This document shows, piece by piece, positions 51,237 to 61,438 of a stretch of 64,000 bases of DNA. This DNA comes from Erysipelotrichaceae bacterium (lineage in GTDB: Bacteria > Bacillota_I > Bacilli_A > RFN20 > CAG-449), in NCBI GenBank assembly GCA_015059095.1, contig SVBA01000006.1, positions 17,003 through 81,002 of the forward strand. The letters are read 5' to 3'. The notes under the pieces are model-generated. The model saw only the letters and a list, made by a program, of their open reading frames with translations. It did not search any database and had not been told where the DNA came from. Both the position numbers and the translations under genes were made by a program. Positions within the stretch are counted from its first letter, which is position 1; each line of letters opens with the position of its first letter.

Positions 51237-52256
51237 TTATTCTGCTTTTGGTGCTTCTTCAGCTACTGGAGCTGGTTTTTCTTCTGCTTTTGGAGCTTCT
51301 TTAGCAGGAGCTGGTTTAGCTTTTGGAGCTACTTTTTTAGCAGCTGGTTTTCTACCTGAGCTTCTTTTTGCTGCTCTTGCATCTTCGATCTTCTTATCTC
51401 TAATTAATTTAGATTCTTCTTGTTTATCGAATGAATTTAAAGCATCAACCATTGAAACTTCTTCTTCTGGTTGAACACCATAAGCGACAGTTGTTTGTCC
51501 GCCTTTTGCTTCAACAACAGCATCTGCTAATAAACCAGTTACTAATTTAATAGCTTTTACTGCATCATCATTTGAAGGAATAGCGTATGTTACTTCATCT
51601 GGATCAGCATTTGTATCGATGATACCAAATACTGGGATATTTAATTTTTTAGCTTCTGCAACAGCGTTATGTTCTAATTTTGGATCGATAACGAATACTG
51701 CATTAGGTACTCTTCTCATAGCTTTGATACCTTCTAAGTTAGCTAATAATTTTTCTTTTTCTTTTCTTAATTTAACAACTTCTTTCTTTGGTAATGTGTC
51801 AAATGAACCATCGATTTCCATTGTTTCTAAGTTATTTAAGTATCTAATTCTTTTTTGGATTGTTCTGAAGTTAGTTAATGTACCACCTAACCATCTGTTT
51901 GAAACATAGAAAGAACCTGATCTTAATGCTTCTTCTTGAATGATTTCTTTAGCTTGTGGTTTTGTACCAACGAATAAAACTTTACCACCAGCAGCAACAA
52001 TTTTCTTTAAAGCATGGTATGCTTCTTGAACTTTTTCTGCTGTTTTAACTAAGTCAATGATATAAATACCATTTCTAGTTCCGTAGATGTATTTACCCAT
52101 TTTTGGGTTCCATCTTCTTGTTTGATGTCCGAAGTGACATCCTGCTTCTAATAGTCTTTTTGTTGAAACAACTGGTTCATTTTCATCATGGATTACTGTT
52201 TCCATAACTGTATCAACAGTTTCTTCAACTACGACTTCCTTTAATTCTTCACTCAT
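51237..52256 (-). CDS. rpsB: 30S ribosomal protein S2, with N-terminal and Ala/Lys/Pro/Glu-rich C-terminal extensions
   Basis: The core [19 protein letters not shown] is present. The strong RBS AAGGAGG before the start at 52256 supports the N-terminal extension of about 30 aa. A C-terminal low-complexity tail of about 60 aa ([25 protein letters not shown]) is present. Confidence 0.95.
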   Translation of the reverse strand: MSEELKEVVVEETVDTVMETVIHDENEPVVSTKRLLEAGCHFGHQTRRWNPKMGKYIYGTRNGIYIIDLVKTAEKVQEAYHALKKIVAAGGKVLFVGTKPQAKEIIQEEALRSGSFYVSNRWLGGTLTNFRTIQKRIRYLNNLETMEIDGSFDTLPKKEVVKLRKEKEKLLANLEGIKAMRRVPNAVFVIDPKLEHNAVAEAKKLNIPVFGIIDTNADPDEVTYAIPSNDDAVKAIKLVTGLLADAVVEAKGGQTTVAYGVQPEEEVSMVDALNSFDKQEESKLIRDKKIEDARAAKRSSGRKPAAKKVAPKAKPAPAKEAPKAEEKPAPVAEEAPKAE

Positions 52257-52458
52257 AGTGAACCTCCTTATTTGTTTTTTTCCTCCTTTGCTTCTAACAT
52301 CATCCCTAATTTCTCTTGCCCCTTGGCTAAATTAGACGCGGCGATGAATCCACAAAGTGTGTAGTCTCTATTTATAGAGCCAATTAATATTAACACTTTA
52401 ATTTCAACTTAACAAGCATAAAATTAAAATTAATATATTATTTTTAAAATAATATCTC

Positions 52459-53370
52459 CTATTTATCCTTTTTTGCTCTTGGAAAAGCATTTTTATATGT
52501 ATCAATCATTTTACTAGTTGTAACGTGAGTATAAACTTGAGTTGTCTCTAAACTAGTATGTCCAAGTATCTCTTGAATAGTTCTTAAATCTGCACCTTTT
52601 TCTAAAAGGTGAGTAGCAAATGTATGCCTCATTTTATGTGGATGTAAATCAAGATTAACACCAGTCTTATCCTCAATTTTTTTAAGAATATATTGAACAC
52701 CTCTAGTTGTTATTTGTTCGCCTTTATTATTTAGAAATAATGCGTTAGTTGGTTTGTCAATATTGTTTTTATTTAATATTAAATTCCTACAATTTTGAAG
52801 GTAATCATTAATCGCTTCTAATGCCGAATTAGAAAAAGGAACAATTCTTTCTTTTTTACCTTTACCTATAATTCTCATTGTTCTATGTCTTAAATTTATA
52901 TCCTGTAATTTTAAGCCTACCAATTCACTCACACGAATACCGCTAGCGTATAATAATATTATTATAGCATGGTCTCTTTTCGCTAAAAAGTCCTCTCTTT
53001 TTGCATCTGCTTCAATTAAAGTTTCTACTTCTTCTTCATGTAAAAACGATGGTAAAGTAGAATCATGTTTAGGCGCTTTTATTGCTATGAAAGGATTATA
53101 TTTTACATATCCATATTTTAATAACCATTCATAATATCTACGCATAGCAATAATTCTTCTTTGATTAGATCTTTTTGATATGCCTTTTACTACTTCGTGC
53201 CTTAAAAAATTACGAATAAGATTTGCATCTACGCTTTTCAAATTATACCCTTCATCTTTCATGAACACTAAAAACATATCGATATCTCTTCTATAAGAAT
53301 CGATGGTATGATCAGAATAACCTCTTTGATCTTTAAGATATGACAAATAAAGTTGTAATGTATCTTCCAT
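52459..53370 (-). CDS. xerC: Tyrosine recombinase XerC/XerD-type (CodV-like)
   Basis: The catalytic signature residues are R...HxxR...Y (HKMRHTFATHLLEKGADLRTIQEILGHTSLETTQVYTHV). It sits in the trmFO-xerC order. Confidence 0.85.
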   Translation of the reverse strand: MEDTLQLYLSYLKDQRGYSDHTIDSYRRDIDMFLVFMKDEGYNLKSVDANLIRNFLRHEVVKGISKRSNQRRIIAMRRYYEWLLKYGYVKYNPFIAIKAPKHDSTLPSFLHEEEVETLIEADAKREDFLAKRDHAIIILLYASGIRVSELVGLKLQDINLRHRTMRIIGKGKKERIVPFSNSALEAINDYLQNCRNLILNKNNIDKPTNALFLNNKGEQITTRGVQYILKKIEDKTGVNLDLHPHKMRHTFATHLLEKGADLRTIQEILGHTSLETTQVYTHVTTSKMIDTYKNAFPRAKKDK

Positions 53371-54641
53371 TAAGCCTCCTCAATCCATTTCTTTAGTGCT
53401 TCTATTGATCTATTTGCAACCGCTTCTCTATCTTTAAGTAAATTTAACATAATACCAAAATTAGCATTCATAGGTTCAAAATGTTTAATAGAAGCGTTAC
53501 AAATATAATTTACTAATGATCCCATCATAGTTTGATTAGGAAGAGGTTTAAATTTCTTCCCTTCTAATTTTCTAACAAGATGCACTGCACACAATAATCC
53601 AGACATTGCAGATTCAACATATCCTTCTACTCCTGATAATTGACCTACTACATAAACATCATCGTATTCTTTCAAAGAAAAATCTGGATTTAAATGTTTA
53701 GGAGCACAAATAAAAGTATTTCTATGCATTAACCCATATCTTACAAAATTAGCATTTTTTAATCCAGGTATAAGACTAAAAATTCTTTTTTGTTCCCCAT
53801 AAGTTAAATTTGTTTGGAAACCAACCATGTTATATAAAGTCGCAGAAACATTATCTTGTCTTAGTTGCAATACTGCATAAGGTCTATTTCCATTATATTC
53901 AAGACCTTTAGGTTTTAAAGGTCCAAATCTAAGAGTCTTTTCTCCTCTTTTCGCCATTACTTCAACAGGCATACATCCTTCAAATACTTTATCAAATTCA
54001 TGAAGATTAGCAATCTTACCATTAATTAATTCATTATAAAAAATATCATATTCTTCTTTTGTAAAAGGACAATTAATGTATGAATCATCTCCTTGATCAT
54101 ATCTAGATTTACGATAAGCAATATTCATATCAATGCTACTAGCTTCAATAATTGGAGCAGCTGCATCATAAAAATACATATGGTCTTGTCCTAACATATC
54201 CATTAACGTTTTTGATAATCCTTCACTAGTTAATGGTCCTGTTGCAATTATATTAATGCCTTCTTTTAAATCAATCACTTCTTCACTAATTAAAGTAATA
54301 TTAGGATGATTTTTAATTTTATTAGTAATATATTCGCTAAACAATTCTCTATCTACTGAAAGAGCATTACCTGCTGGTACTTCACTTTGAGTAGATGCTT
54401 CCATCATAATAGAACCAAAGTATTTCATTTCTTCTTTTAGTAAACCACAAGCATTATCTATTTTTTTACTTTTTAAAGAATTAGAACAAACTAATTCTCC
54501 TAAATTATTACTATGATGAGCAGGACTCATCTTTAATGGTTTTTGTTCAAATAAATTAACTTTATATCCATGATTAGCTAAATATAAACTCGCTTCTACT
54601 CCTGCAAGACCTCCGCCAATTACATTAATAGCTTTTTCCAT
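53370..54641 (-). CDS. trmFO: Methylenetetrahydrofolate--tRNA-(uracil54-C5)-methyltransferase TrmFO (Gid)
   Basis: The N-terminal FAD-binding segment is VIGGGLAGVEAS. The product is 423 aa. The gene order is topA-trmFO. Confidence 0.9.
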   Translation of the reverse strand: MEKAINVIGGGLAGVEASLYLANHGYKVNLFEQKPLKMSPAHHSNNLGELVCSNSLKSKKIDNACGLLKEEMKYFGSIMMEASTQSEVPAGNALSVDRELFSEYITNKIKNHPNITLISEEVIDLKEGINIIATGPLTSEGLSKTLMDMLGQDHMYFYDAAAPIIEASSIDMNIAYRKSRYDQGDDSYINCPFTKEEYDIFYNELINGKIANLHEFDKVFEGCMPVEVMAKRGEKTLRFGPLKPKGLEYNGNRPYAVLQLRQDNVSATLYNMVGFQTNLTYGEQKRIFSLIPGLKNANFVRYGLMHRNTFICAPKHLNPDFSLKEYDDVYVVGQLSGVEGYVESAMSGLLCAVHLVRKLEGKKFKPLPNQTMMGSLVNYICNASIKHFEPMNANFGIMLNLLKDREAVANRSIEALKKWIEEA

Positions 54642-54694
54642 AAGTCAATCATCACCTCAAAAAAATTATATCAAAAAAAGAAGACCAAAGTCTT

Positions 54695-56785
54695 CTATTT
54701 CTTTATAGATTCAATATATCTACATTTTGGGAAGCCTGAACACGCTAAGAAATCACCATGCCCATTTCTTCCTTGTTTAATTAACAAGAACTTACCACAT
54801 TTTGGACACTTCTTATCAGAAAATAATTCTTCGACTTTCTTATCGTTTTCTTCGTTACCTAAAATATATTTACATTTAGGGAAACCTGAACAAGCGTAAA
54901 ATTCACCTTTTTTGGATTTTCTTTTTACTAATGGTTTACCACATTTTGGACAAACTTGATCTTCATGAACTTCTACAACCTTTTCTTCTTTAGGTTTAAC
55001 ATAATTACAATCAGGGAAGGAAAGACATGCAATAAATTCACCGAATTTAGATTTCTTATAAACTAAATCATTTCCACATTTTGGGCATTTTTCTCCAGTC
55101 TTTTTAGGCTCAGTCTTTTTCATTTCTTTTAAAGCCACTTCATACATTGGCTCAAATTGATTGTAAAAATCGTTTAATAGTCCAAGTCTTGAATCATTAC
55201 CTTCAACAATTTCATCTAAGCTTTGTTCCATTTTTGCAGTATACGCTGTATCCATAAAAGGAGCGAAGAACTCAGATAATTTATCAGATGTTTCTATTCC
55301 TTGTTCAGTAGCATATATCGATCCTTTTTCTTGAACGATATATTTTCTATCATAAAGAGTTGAAATAGTTGAAGCATAAGTAGATGGTCTACCAATACCC
55401 AATTCTTCCATAGTCTTTACAAGTCTAGCTTCTGTATATCTATTTGGTCCTTGAGTAAAATGTTGTTCTTTAGTAATTTCTTTTACTTCAACATTTTCAC
55501 CTTTAATAAAGGATGGAAGATTCTTTTTAATATCTTCATCAACACCATAAATTTTTGTAAAACCATCAAACAACATTCTTACGCCATCTGTTTTAAAAGT
55601 ATAGCCTTTTCCGGAAAATCTAACACTTGTAACTTCATCAAGTCTAGGCGCCATTAAACTTGCAACAGCACGATTATAAATTAACTTATAAACATTATAT
55701 TGTTCAGTAGTTAAATATTGTTTAATTGATTTAGGTTCTAATTCTAAAGAAGTTGGTCTAATTGCCTCATGAGCATCTTGAACTAATCCTTTACCTTGCT
55801 TAGTGTTTTCTTTACCTAAATATTGTTCACCATATTTTTCTAAAATATGTTTAGTAGCTTTAGAAACAAATTCTGGAGATAATCTTACTGAGTCAGTTCT
55901 CATATAAGTAATTAAACCAATTGTTTGTGATCCAATATCTATACCCTCGTATAACTTTTGCGCAATACTTGAAGTTTTCTTTGTTGAATACTTATGCTTA
56001 ATAAACGCTTCTTGTTGAAGAGTAGAAGTTGTAAATGGTGCTTTTGATTCAATTCTTCTATTTCTAGTAGTAACATCACTAACGATAAATACACTAGGAA
56101 TATCATTTAATATTTCATTTGCATCTTCTTCAAATTTAATAGTTCCTACACTACTTCCATTTACTAATTCTAATTTAGCTTCTACATTTTCATTAAAGAC
56201 ACCTTGAATAGTCCAATATTCTTCTGGAACAAATTTTCGGATTTCTTTTTCTCTTTCACTAATAATTTTTAAAGTTACAGATTGAACTCTACCTGCAGAT
56301 AAAGAACCTATCTTTCTTTTTAATAAAGTAGACATTTCAAATCCCATAATTCTATCGATAATTCTTCTAGTTTCTTGAGACTCAACTAAAGACATATCAA
56401 TAGTTCTTGGTTCACTTAATGCTTTTAAGACTGCCGGTTTAGTAATCTCATGAAATTCTAACCTTTTAGTTTCTTTAATAGGCAAACCTAAAACTTCTGC
56501 TAGATGCCAAGAAATAGCTTCTCCTTCTCTATCAGGGTCGGTTGCAAGTAATACTTCACTAGCATTATTTTTTTCTTTAATCAATTCTTTAATAATTTTT
56601 ACTTTTTCTTTGGAATTAACATACGTAGGTTTGAAATTATTACTAACATCTACACCCAATCCACCTTTTCCAGAAGTGGATAAATCTCTAATGTGACCTA
56701 AAGAGGCCATAACTTTATAATCTTCGCCTAAGTATTTTTGAATTGTATGACATTTTGTTGGCGACTCTACAATAACTAATTTCAT
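54695..56785 (-). CDS. topA: DNA topoisomerase I
   Basis: It has a TOPRIM domain (LVIVESPTK) and catalytic-Tyr region, plus C-terminal Zn-ribbon repeats (CPKCG x3). The start is the ATG at 56785, preceded by AAAGGAGG. The ORF track starts 69 nt upstream. Confidence 0.95.
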   Translation of the reverse strand: MKLVIVESPTKCHTIQKYLGEDYKVMASLGHIRDLSTSGKGGLGVDVSNNFKPTYVNSKEKVKIIKELIKEKNNASEVLLATDPDREGEAISWHLAEVLGLPIKETKRLEFHEITKPAVLKALSEPRTIDMSLVESQETRRIIDRIMGFEMSTLLKRKIGSLSAGRVQSVTLKIISEREKEIRKFVPEEYWTIQGVFNENVEAKLELVNGSSVGTIKFEEDANEILNDIPSVFIVSDVTTRNRRIESKAPFTTSTLQQEAFIKHKYSTKKTSSIAQKLYEGIDIGSQTIGLITYMRTDSVRLSPEFVSKATKHILEKYGEQYLGKENTKQGKGLVQDAHEAIRPTSLELEPKSIKQYLTTEQYNVYKLIYNRAVASLMAPRLDEVTSVRFSGKGYTFKTDGVRMLFDGFTKIYGVDEDIKKNLPSFIKGENVEVKEITKEQHFTQGPNRYTEARLVKTMEELGIGRPSTYASTISTLYDRKYIVQEKGSIYATEQGIETSDKLSEFFAPFMDTAYTAKMEQSLDEIVEGNDSRLGLLNDFYNQFEPMYEVALKEMKKTEPKKTGEKCPKCGNDLVYKKSKFGEFIACLSFPDCNYVKPKEEKVVEVHEDQVCPKCGKPLVKRKSKKGEFYACSGFPKCKYILGNEENDKKVEELFSDKKCPKCGKFLLIKQGRNGHGDFLACSGFPKCRYIESIKK

Positions 56786-56904
56786 ATAACGACCTCCTTT
56801 TGCCTTATTATTATGCTGAACAAAAGGAGTAAAAGTCAAACATTTTTTAATCACTTTTTTTTACATTTTCCCTTTATTATTAATAAGATAATAATAAGAT
56901 TTTT

Positions 56905-57687
56905 TTATTTTATTTGCTCTTCTATATCTTTTGAACAAATTACTGGTATTGCTCCTTCTAAAATCAATTGATTATTGTATAGTGGTTCAAGAATCGAACA
57001 AGGAACAACTAATATATCTTTTCCTTGTTCAAGAGCAAACCTAACTGTAATAAGAGTTCCACTTCTACCTTTACATTCAGGAATAAGTATTGATTTAGAT
57101 AAAGCTGCGATTAATCTATTCCTCATAGGAAAATTATTAACGCTGACAACTTCTTTATATGGATATTCACTAATTAATAGACCACATTTTTTTATTTTCA
57201 TATACAATTTAAAATTTTCTTTAGGATAGCATCTATCTATCCCTACACCTAATACTGCTATTGTTTTTAAATCATTATCTAAAGCAGCTTGATGAGCAAA
57301 CGCATCAATTCCTTTAGCTAACCCTGAAACAATAACAATATCTTTACTTAATCCACCTATCAATTTTTCACAAACCTTACTTCCATAATCTAAGTGATTT
57401 CTAGATCCCACAACTCCTAATGAGTACTCTTCATTAATTAAAGAGAAATCACCATAATAAAAGAGAACAAAAGGAGGTTTCATAATATTTTTTAACTTTT
57501 GAGGATATTCTTTATCTAAAACAGTTACTAACTTCCATTTGTTATTCTTTAATTCTTTATTAACAAACTCTTCATCATATTCTTCTTTTCTAGTTATAGC
57601 ATTAAATATTTCATCCCAATCCCCTTTATATTTCAAAGCATAATATATTATTTTCTTTCTAGCGTCTTTAATATTAAATTCTTCCAT
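56905..57687 (-). CDS. dprA: DNA processing protein DprA/Smf
   Basis: The Rossmann-like DprA core is GVVGSRNHLDYG...VSGLAKGIDAFAHQAAL. The gene order is dprA-topA. Confidence 0.85.
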   Translation of the reverse strand: MEEFNIKDARKKIIYYALKYKGDWDEIFNAITRKEEYDEEFVNKELKNNKWKLVTVLDKEYPQKLKNIMKPPFVLFYYGDFSLINEEYSLGVVGSRNHLDYGSKVCEKLIGGLSKDIVIVSGLAKGIDAFAHQAALDNDLKTIAVLGVGIDRCYPKENFKLYMKIKKCGLLISEYPYKEVVSVNNFPMRNRLIAALSKSILIPECKGRSGTLITVRFALEQGKDILVVPCSILEPLYNNQLILEGAIPVICSKDIEEQIK

Positions 57688-57735
57688 AAAAAAATCTCCT
57701 TACATTAGTTTATAAGGAGAAATTTTTAAAAAAGT

Positions 57736-58365
57736 CTAGTCATCTAATAAAGAAATTTTTTCTAATGCCGCTAATAGTACAGGTTTATAAGAATATCGAT
57801 ATAATCCTTTAATAGGTCCATATTTATTTAATAATTCAATGTGTTCCTTAGTAGGATACCCTTTATGTTTTTTAAAATTGTATTGAGGATATTCTTTATC
57901 TAAATCTTCTAAAATATCATCTCTAGTAACTTTTGCTAAGATACTAGCAGCAGCAATACACATCGCTTTAGCATCACCTTTAACTAAATTTTCTTGAGGA
58001 ATATCCTTAATTTCTAATATTGGCATACAATCAGTTAATATATAATCCGGCTTTACACACAAATTTTTAATTGCAACAGTCATCCCTTTTCTACTTGCTT
58101 CATAAATATTAATTCTATCAATTTCTTCTGGAGAAATAGAAACTATAGAATAAGCAATAGCAACTTTTTTTATTTCTTCAAATAATATTCTTCTTTTTTT
58201 GTCAGTTAACTTTTTAGAATCATTTATTAATTCATTTTGATAATCAATAGGTAAAATGCAACTAGCACATACTACTGGACCACACAAAGGTCCTCTACCA
58301 GCTTCATCACATCCTACAATTAATTTATATCCTTTTTTATATATATCTTTTTCGTAATCTAACAT
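57736..58365 (-). CDS. rnhB: Ribonuclease HII
   Basis: It begins GCDEAGRGPLCGPVV, with the DEAGRG catalytic motif. The product is 209 aa. Confidence 0.9.
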   Translation of the reverse strand: MLDYEKDIYKKGYKLIVGCDEAGRGPLCGPVVCASCILPIDYQNELINDSKKLTDKKRRILFEEIKKVAIAYSIVSISPEEIDRINIYEASRKGMTVAIKNLCVKPDYILTDCMPILEIKDIPQENLVKGDAKAMCIAAASILAKVTRDDILEDLDKEYPQYNFKKHKGYPTKEHIELLNKYGPIKGLYRYSYKPVLLAALEKISLLDD

Positions 58366-59210
58366 AATTCATCAACAATTGTTTTAACAATTAAACCTTC
58401 TTTAAACTCTTTAAGTAATAATATTTCTGCTTTTTCTATATCGTATTGTCCTTGAGTTAATAATAAACCTCTTCTTTTAGCAATACCTTCTAATATATCA
58501 AAATCAGTTTCTGTTTTCTCTAATTCATATCTTTCAACTAATTTATCCAAATGATTTTTTCTTAATATAATTAGTAATTCTGAAACCAAATCACTCACTG
58601 AGATTGTTTCTAATTTCATAGAACCAATAAGCGCTAAATTAATCGCTTCTTTTTGTGAATCATAATGAGGAGGTAAGATACCTGGAGTATCTAATAACTC
58701 TAACGTTTTATCAACTCTAATCCATTGTTGGGCGCGTGTATGCCCAGGAGTATTCGCCGTACTTGCCGATCCTCTTTTTGATAATCTATTAATTAAAGTT
58801 GATTTGCCAACATTAGGAATACCAATGACCATAACTCTAATAGGTTGAGGTTTCATTCCCCTTCTAATATCTCTATCTATCTTATCTTTACCTACTACTT
58901 GAATAGCCTTTAATATCGCATTTACATCTTGATTATTATTCAAGTCACAAGGAACTGGATAATAAGATTCATTTTTATATTTTTCCTCCCACTTCTTTAA
59001 TAAATTAGGGTCAACTAAGTCTTTTTTAGACATAACAATGATTCTTTTTTTATTTTTAGTAAGTTTCTCTAAAAATTTATTTTTTGAACTGTGAGGGGCT
59101 CTAGAATCAACAATTTCAATAACTATATCGATCAATTTTAATTTTTCTTCAATTTGTCTCATCGCCTTTTGCATATGGCCAGGAAACCAATGTACACTCT
59201 TTTGTTGCAT
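58359..59210 (-). CDS. rbgA: Ribosome biogenesis GTPase A (YlqF)
   Basis: It is a circularly permuted GTPase: the G4 region (MSKKD) precedes G1 (GIPNVGKST). It starts WFPGHM. It overlaps rnhB by 7 nt. Confidence 0.9.
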   Translation of the reverse strand: MQQKSVHWFPGHMQKAMRQIEEKLKLIDIVIEIVDSRAPHSSKNKFLEKLTKNKKRIIVMSKKDLVDPNLLKKWEEKYKNESYYPVPCDLNNNQDVNAILKAIQVVGKDKIDRDIRRGMKPQPIRVMVIGIPNVGKSTLINRLSKRGSASTANTPGHTRAQQWIRVDKTLELLDTPGILPPHYDSQKEAINLALIGSMKLETISVSDLVSELLIILRKNHLDKLVERYELEKTETDFDILEGIAKRRGLLLTQGQYDIEKAEILLLKEFKEGLIVKTIVDELC

Positions 59211-59219
59211 ATTTACCTC

Positions 59220-59780
59220 CTAATAAAATCTAAAAGGAATTATCTTACGATTAAATAGGTAATCTTCTCCACTACTACCACTAGAAGTAATAACTTGTAG
59301 TTTACCAGTTATATTATCTCTAGAAATAGGACCATAATATCTAGAATCATAACTAACACTTCTATTATCTCCTAAAACATAGTATTCATTTTCACCTAAA
59401 ACTACATCATTATATTCACTATTAATTAAGTAAGTACAATCAAGATTTTCGCTAGAAACGTAGCTTTCATTTAATAATTCATCATTAATGTAAACTCCAT
59501 CTTTAGTAATACGAACATGATCTAAAGGTTTACCGATAACTCTTTTAATAATTTCTTTATCTTCTTTTTCAAAAATAATGATATCTTCTCTATCTATATT
59601 AATTATAAAATTTTCTTTTGTTGCAAATCCCATTTCTCCATCAACTAAAGTAGAGTGCATAGAATCACCAACAACCAAAATATCAAATAGAAAAATATTT
59701 TTTGCAATCAAAACACATGATAATATTACTACTATCACTGTAAAAATAGTTGAAATAGTTTTTAATAATTTAACTTTCAT
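59220..59780 (-). CDS. lepB: Signal peptidase I
   Basis: It has an N-terminal TM anchor. The catalytic Ser box is VVGDSMHSTL. Box E is GDNRSVSYDSRYYG. Confidence 0.85.
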   Translation of the reverse strand: MKVKLLKTISTIFTVIVVILSCVLIAKNIFLFDILVVGDSMHSTLVDGEMGFATKENFIINIDREDIIIFEKEDKEIIKRVIGKPLDHVRITKDGVYINDELLNESYVSSENLDCTYLINSEYNDVVLGENEYYVLGDNRSVSYDSRYYGPISRDNITGKLQVITSSGSSGEDYLFNRKIIPFRFY

Positions 59781-59883
59781 CTTTTATTCACACCCCATTA
59801 TTTTTATAATTAAGTTATTTTGATATAAATACACCCTATAAGGTATTAATCATTATTTATTTATACATTTTATACCTTATAGG

Positions 59884-60816
59884 TTATATTAATTTATCAA
59901 ATCGTTTCTGAATTAATTCTTTCAATTCTTCTTTTTTCTCTTCTGGTATATAAGAATCATTAATATAATCAAACATTTTTTCTTTTTTAGCAAATAATCT
60001 AATAATTAATTTTTCAACAGTCTTTCTAGGTATTTCTAGATTATCTGCAAGTTTATAAAAATCATTTTTCGTTAGATTTTTCTTTTTTCCATTTAAAGTT
60101 AAAGCCATATCTTCATTATCATTAATAATTAGTTGAACTGGAAGTAAATCATAAGCTTCACTTAAAGAAAAACCATCTTTAGTTTCCTTCAAAGAAAAAT
60201 TTTTAAGATGCATATCTGAATTGCCAACAATGTAACAAAATAGTAATCTATAAATTAATTCAACTTGATCAATATAAGGTGTCGAAGAATAATTTTTAAT
60301 TATTTTACCACATTTTTCATATGAACTATTATACTTATATTCAGTAGGTCGATTAGATAGTTGACAAAAATCTTCCATATGTATTTTATTAACATCGTCT
60401 CTATCTATCCTTTTAGTTATATATGCATAATTATTATCACCTATATCAATTAAGGCATTTGGAGTAGTTTTTATCAAACAAATATTTGCTAATCCCATAA
60501 TTAAATGTTCAGCTTCTGCAATAAATGAATATTGTTCAGAATTTGGTTTTAAGATATATCCTTGTGGATATCCAATTAATGTTAATCTCGTACCATTTTT
60601 TTCTTTATCAAGATGCATTGATAATTTTCTTTGAACACCTGTAATACTTTTTGATTCTTCAATAAGTTTTTCGCCTAGTTTTTTCATTTCTTCATCTATC
60701 GTTTTTAAATTTACTAGTGGAAGTGTATCAGAATTAAAAAATCTTTTTATACATGCTTTATGCCAAGAATTAATATGATCTTTTTTTATTTCTTTTCCAC
60801 AACATAAGCACCTCAT
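59884..60816 (-). CDS. HipT-like Ser/Thr kinase toxin (HipA core/C-terminal domains without N-subdomain 1)
   Basis: The Gly-rich phosphate-binding loop is SITGVQRKLSM. The catalytic motif GNSDMHLKNFSL is of the HipA type. The product is 310 aa. The N-terminus is Cys/His-rich (CLCCG...H...H..C). It is immediately downstream of the HipS-like gene. Confidence 0.75.
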   Translation of the reverse strand: MRCLCCGKEIKKDHINSWHKACIKRFFNSDTLPLVNLKTIDEEMKKLGEKLIEESKSITGVQRKLSMHLDKEKNGTRLTLIGYPQGYILKPNSEQYSFIAEAEHLIMGLANICLIKTTPNALIDIGDNNYAYITKRIDRDDVNKIHMEDFCQLSNRPTEYKYNSSYEKCGKIIKNYSSTPYIDQVELIYRLLFCYIVGNSDMHLKNFSLKETKDGFSLSEAYDLLPVQLIINDNEDMALTLNGKKKNLTKNDFYKLADNLEIPRKTVEKLIIRLFAKKEKMFDYINDSYIPEEKKEELKELIQKRFDKLI

Positions 60817-60817
60817 A

Positions 60818-61138
60818 TTACTTAACCCCTTTCACAGAAACAGCACCAATAGTGTCTTCACATACACTTAATAATAATCCCATTCTATCATTAATATCTA
60901 CTTTCCATTTTCGATGCGCAATTTCTAAAAGCCATCCTTCAGGAATAATACCATCAAAAAATGGAAAAAGAATATTACTCTCATAAGTTTCACTAGTCAA
61001 AGGTAAGGTCAACGAAACAGCTTTAGCATCCTCTCTTTTTAGATACTCTTGATAATATGAAAACAAATAGCTTCCATCTGTTTCAACTATTTCACCACAT
61101 GGAATGTTATTATAATACACTATTCCTCTTCTATTCAT
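60818..61138 (-). CDS. HipS-like protein (stand-alone HipA N-terminal subdomain)
   Basis: It is 106 aa. VYYNNIPCGEIVETDGSYLFSY...LPEGW resembles the HipA N-terminal (couple_hipA) domain. It overlaps the hipB-like gene by 8 nt and lies 1 nt from the hipT-like gene. Confidence 0.7.
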   Translation of the reverse strand: MNRRGIVYYNNIPCGEIVETDGSYLFSYYQEYLKREDAKAVSLTLPLTSETYESNILFPFFDGIIPEGWLLEIAHRKWKVDINDRMGLLLSVCEDTIGAVSVKGVK

Positions 61139-61352
61139 CTTTTTCCTTCTTTCTATATGTTACAACACAATTAAACATACTTAATGCATGATTTACTTTA
61201 TCAAGTCTAACAGTAGTTTTTCCTTGTTCCAATTCCCTTACAAATCTTAAACCTAAGCCTGATTTTAAAGCAAACTCTTCTTGAGTTAATCCATATTCTT
61301 TTCTTTTCATTTTTATAAATTTTGAAATATCATTATTTTTATTCTTTTCCAT
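61131..61352 (-). CDS. HipB-like XRE-family HTH protein
   Basis: It is 73 aa. The HTH region is YGLTQEEFALKSGLGLRFVRELEQGK. It is the first gene of the three-gene module. Confidence 0.65.
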   Translation of the reverse strand: MEKNKNNDISKFIKMKRKEYGLTQEEFALKSGLGLRFVRELEQGKTTVRLDKVNHALSMFNCVVTYRKKEKDE

Positions 61353-61375
61353 TTTTTTACACCCTTTATGGTATT

Positions 61376-61403
61376 ATTATAACATACCCATATATTTTTG
61401 CAA
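61376..61403 (-). promoter_or_regulatory. Putative sigma-A promoter of the hipBST-like operon, with overlapping inverted-repeat operators
   Basis: On the minus strand, TTGCAA is followed by 16 nt and then TATAAT, with AAGGGTG as SD. Two imperfect palindromes (TATGGTAT-N9-ATACCCATA at 61367-61392 and TATGGTATAAT-N11-ATTATAC at 61408-61437) overlap the -10 element and flank the -35 element. Confidence 0.4.
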
Positions 61404-61438
61404 CCTTTATGGTATAATTTAAATAAAAATTATACACT

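Noticed and set aside
52459-53370. Tyrosine recombinase as a sign of an integrated mobile element
   Set aside because: It sits in the conserved trmFO-xerC (codV) housekeeping position. There are no flanking phage or ICE genes and no att-like repeats. This is consistent with chromosome dimer resolution rather than a mobile-element integrase.
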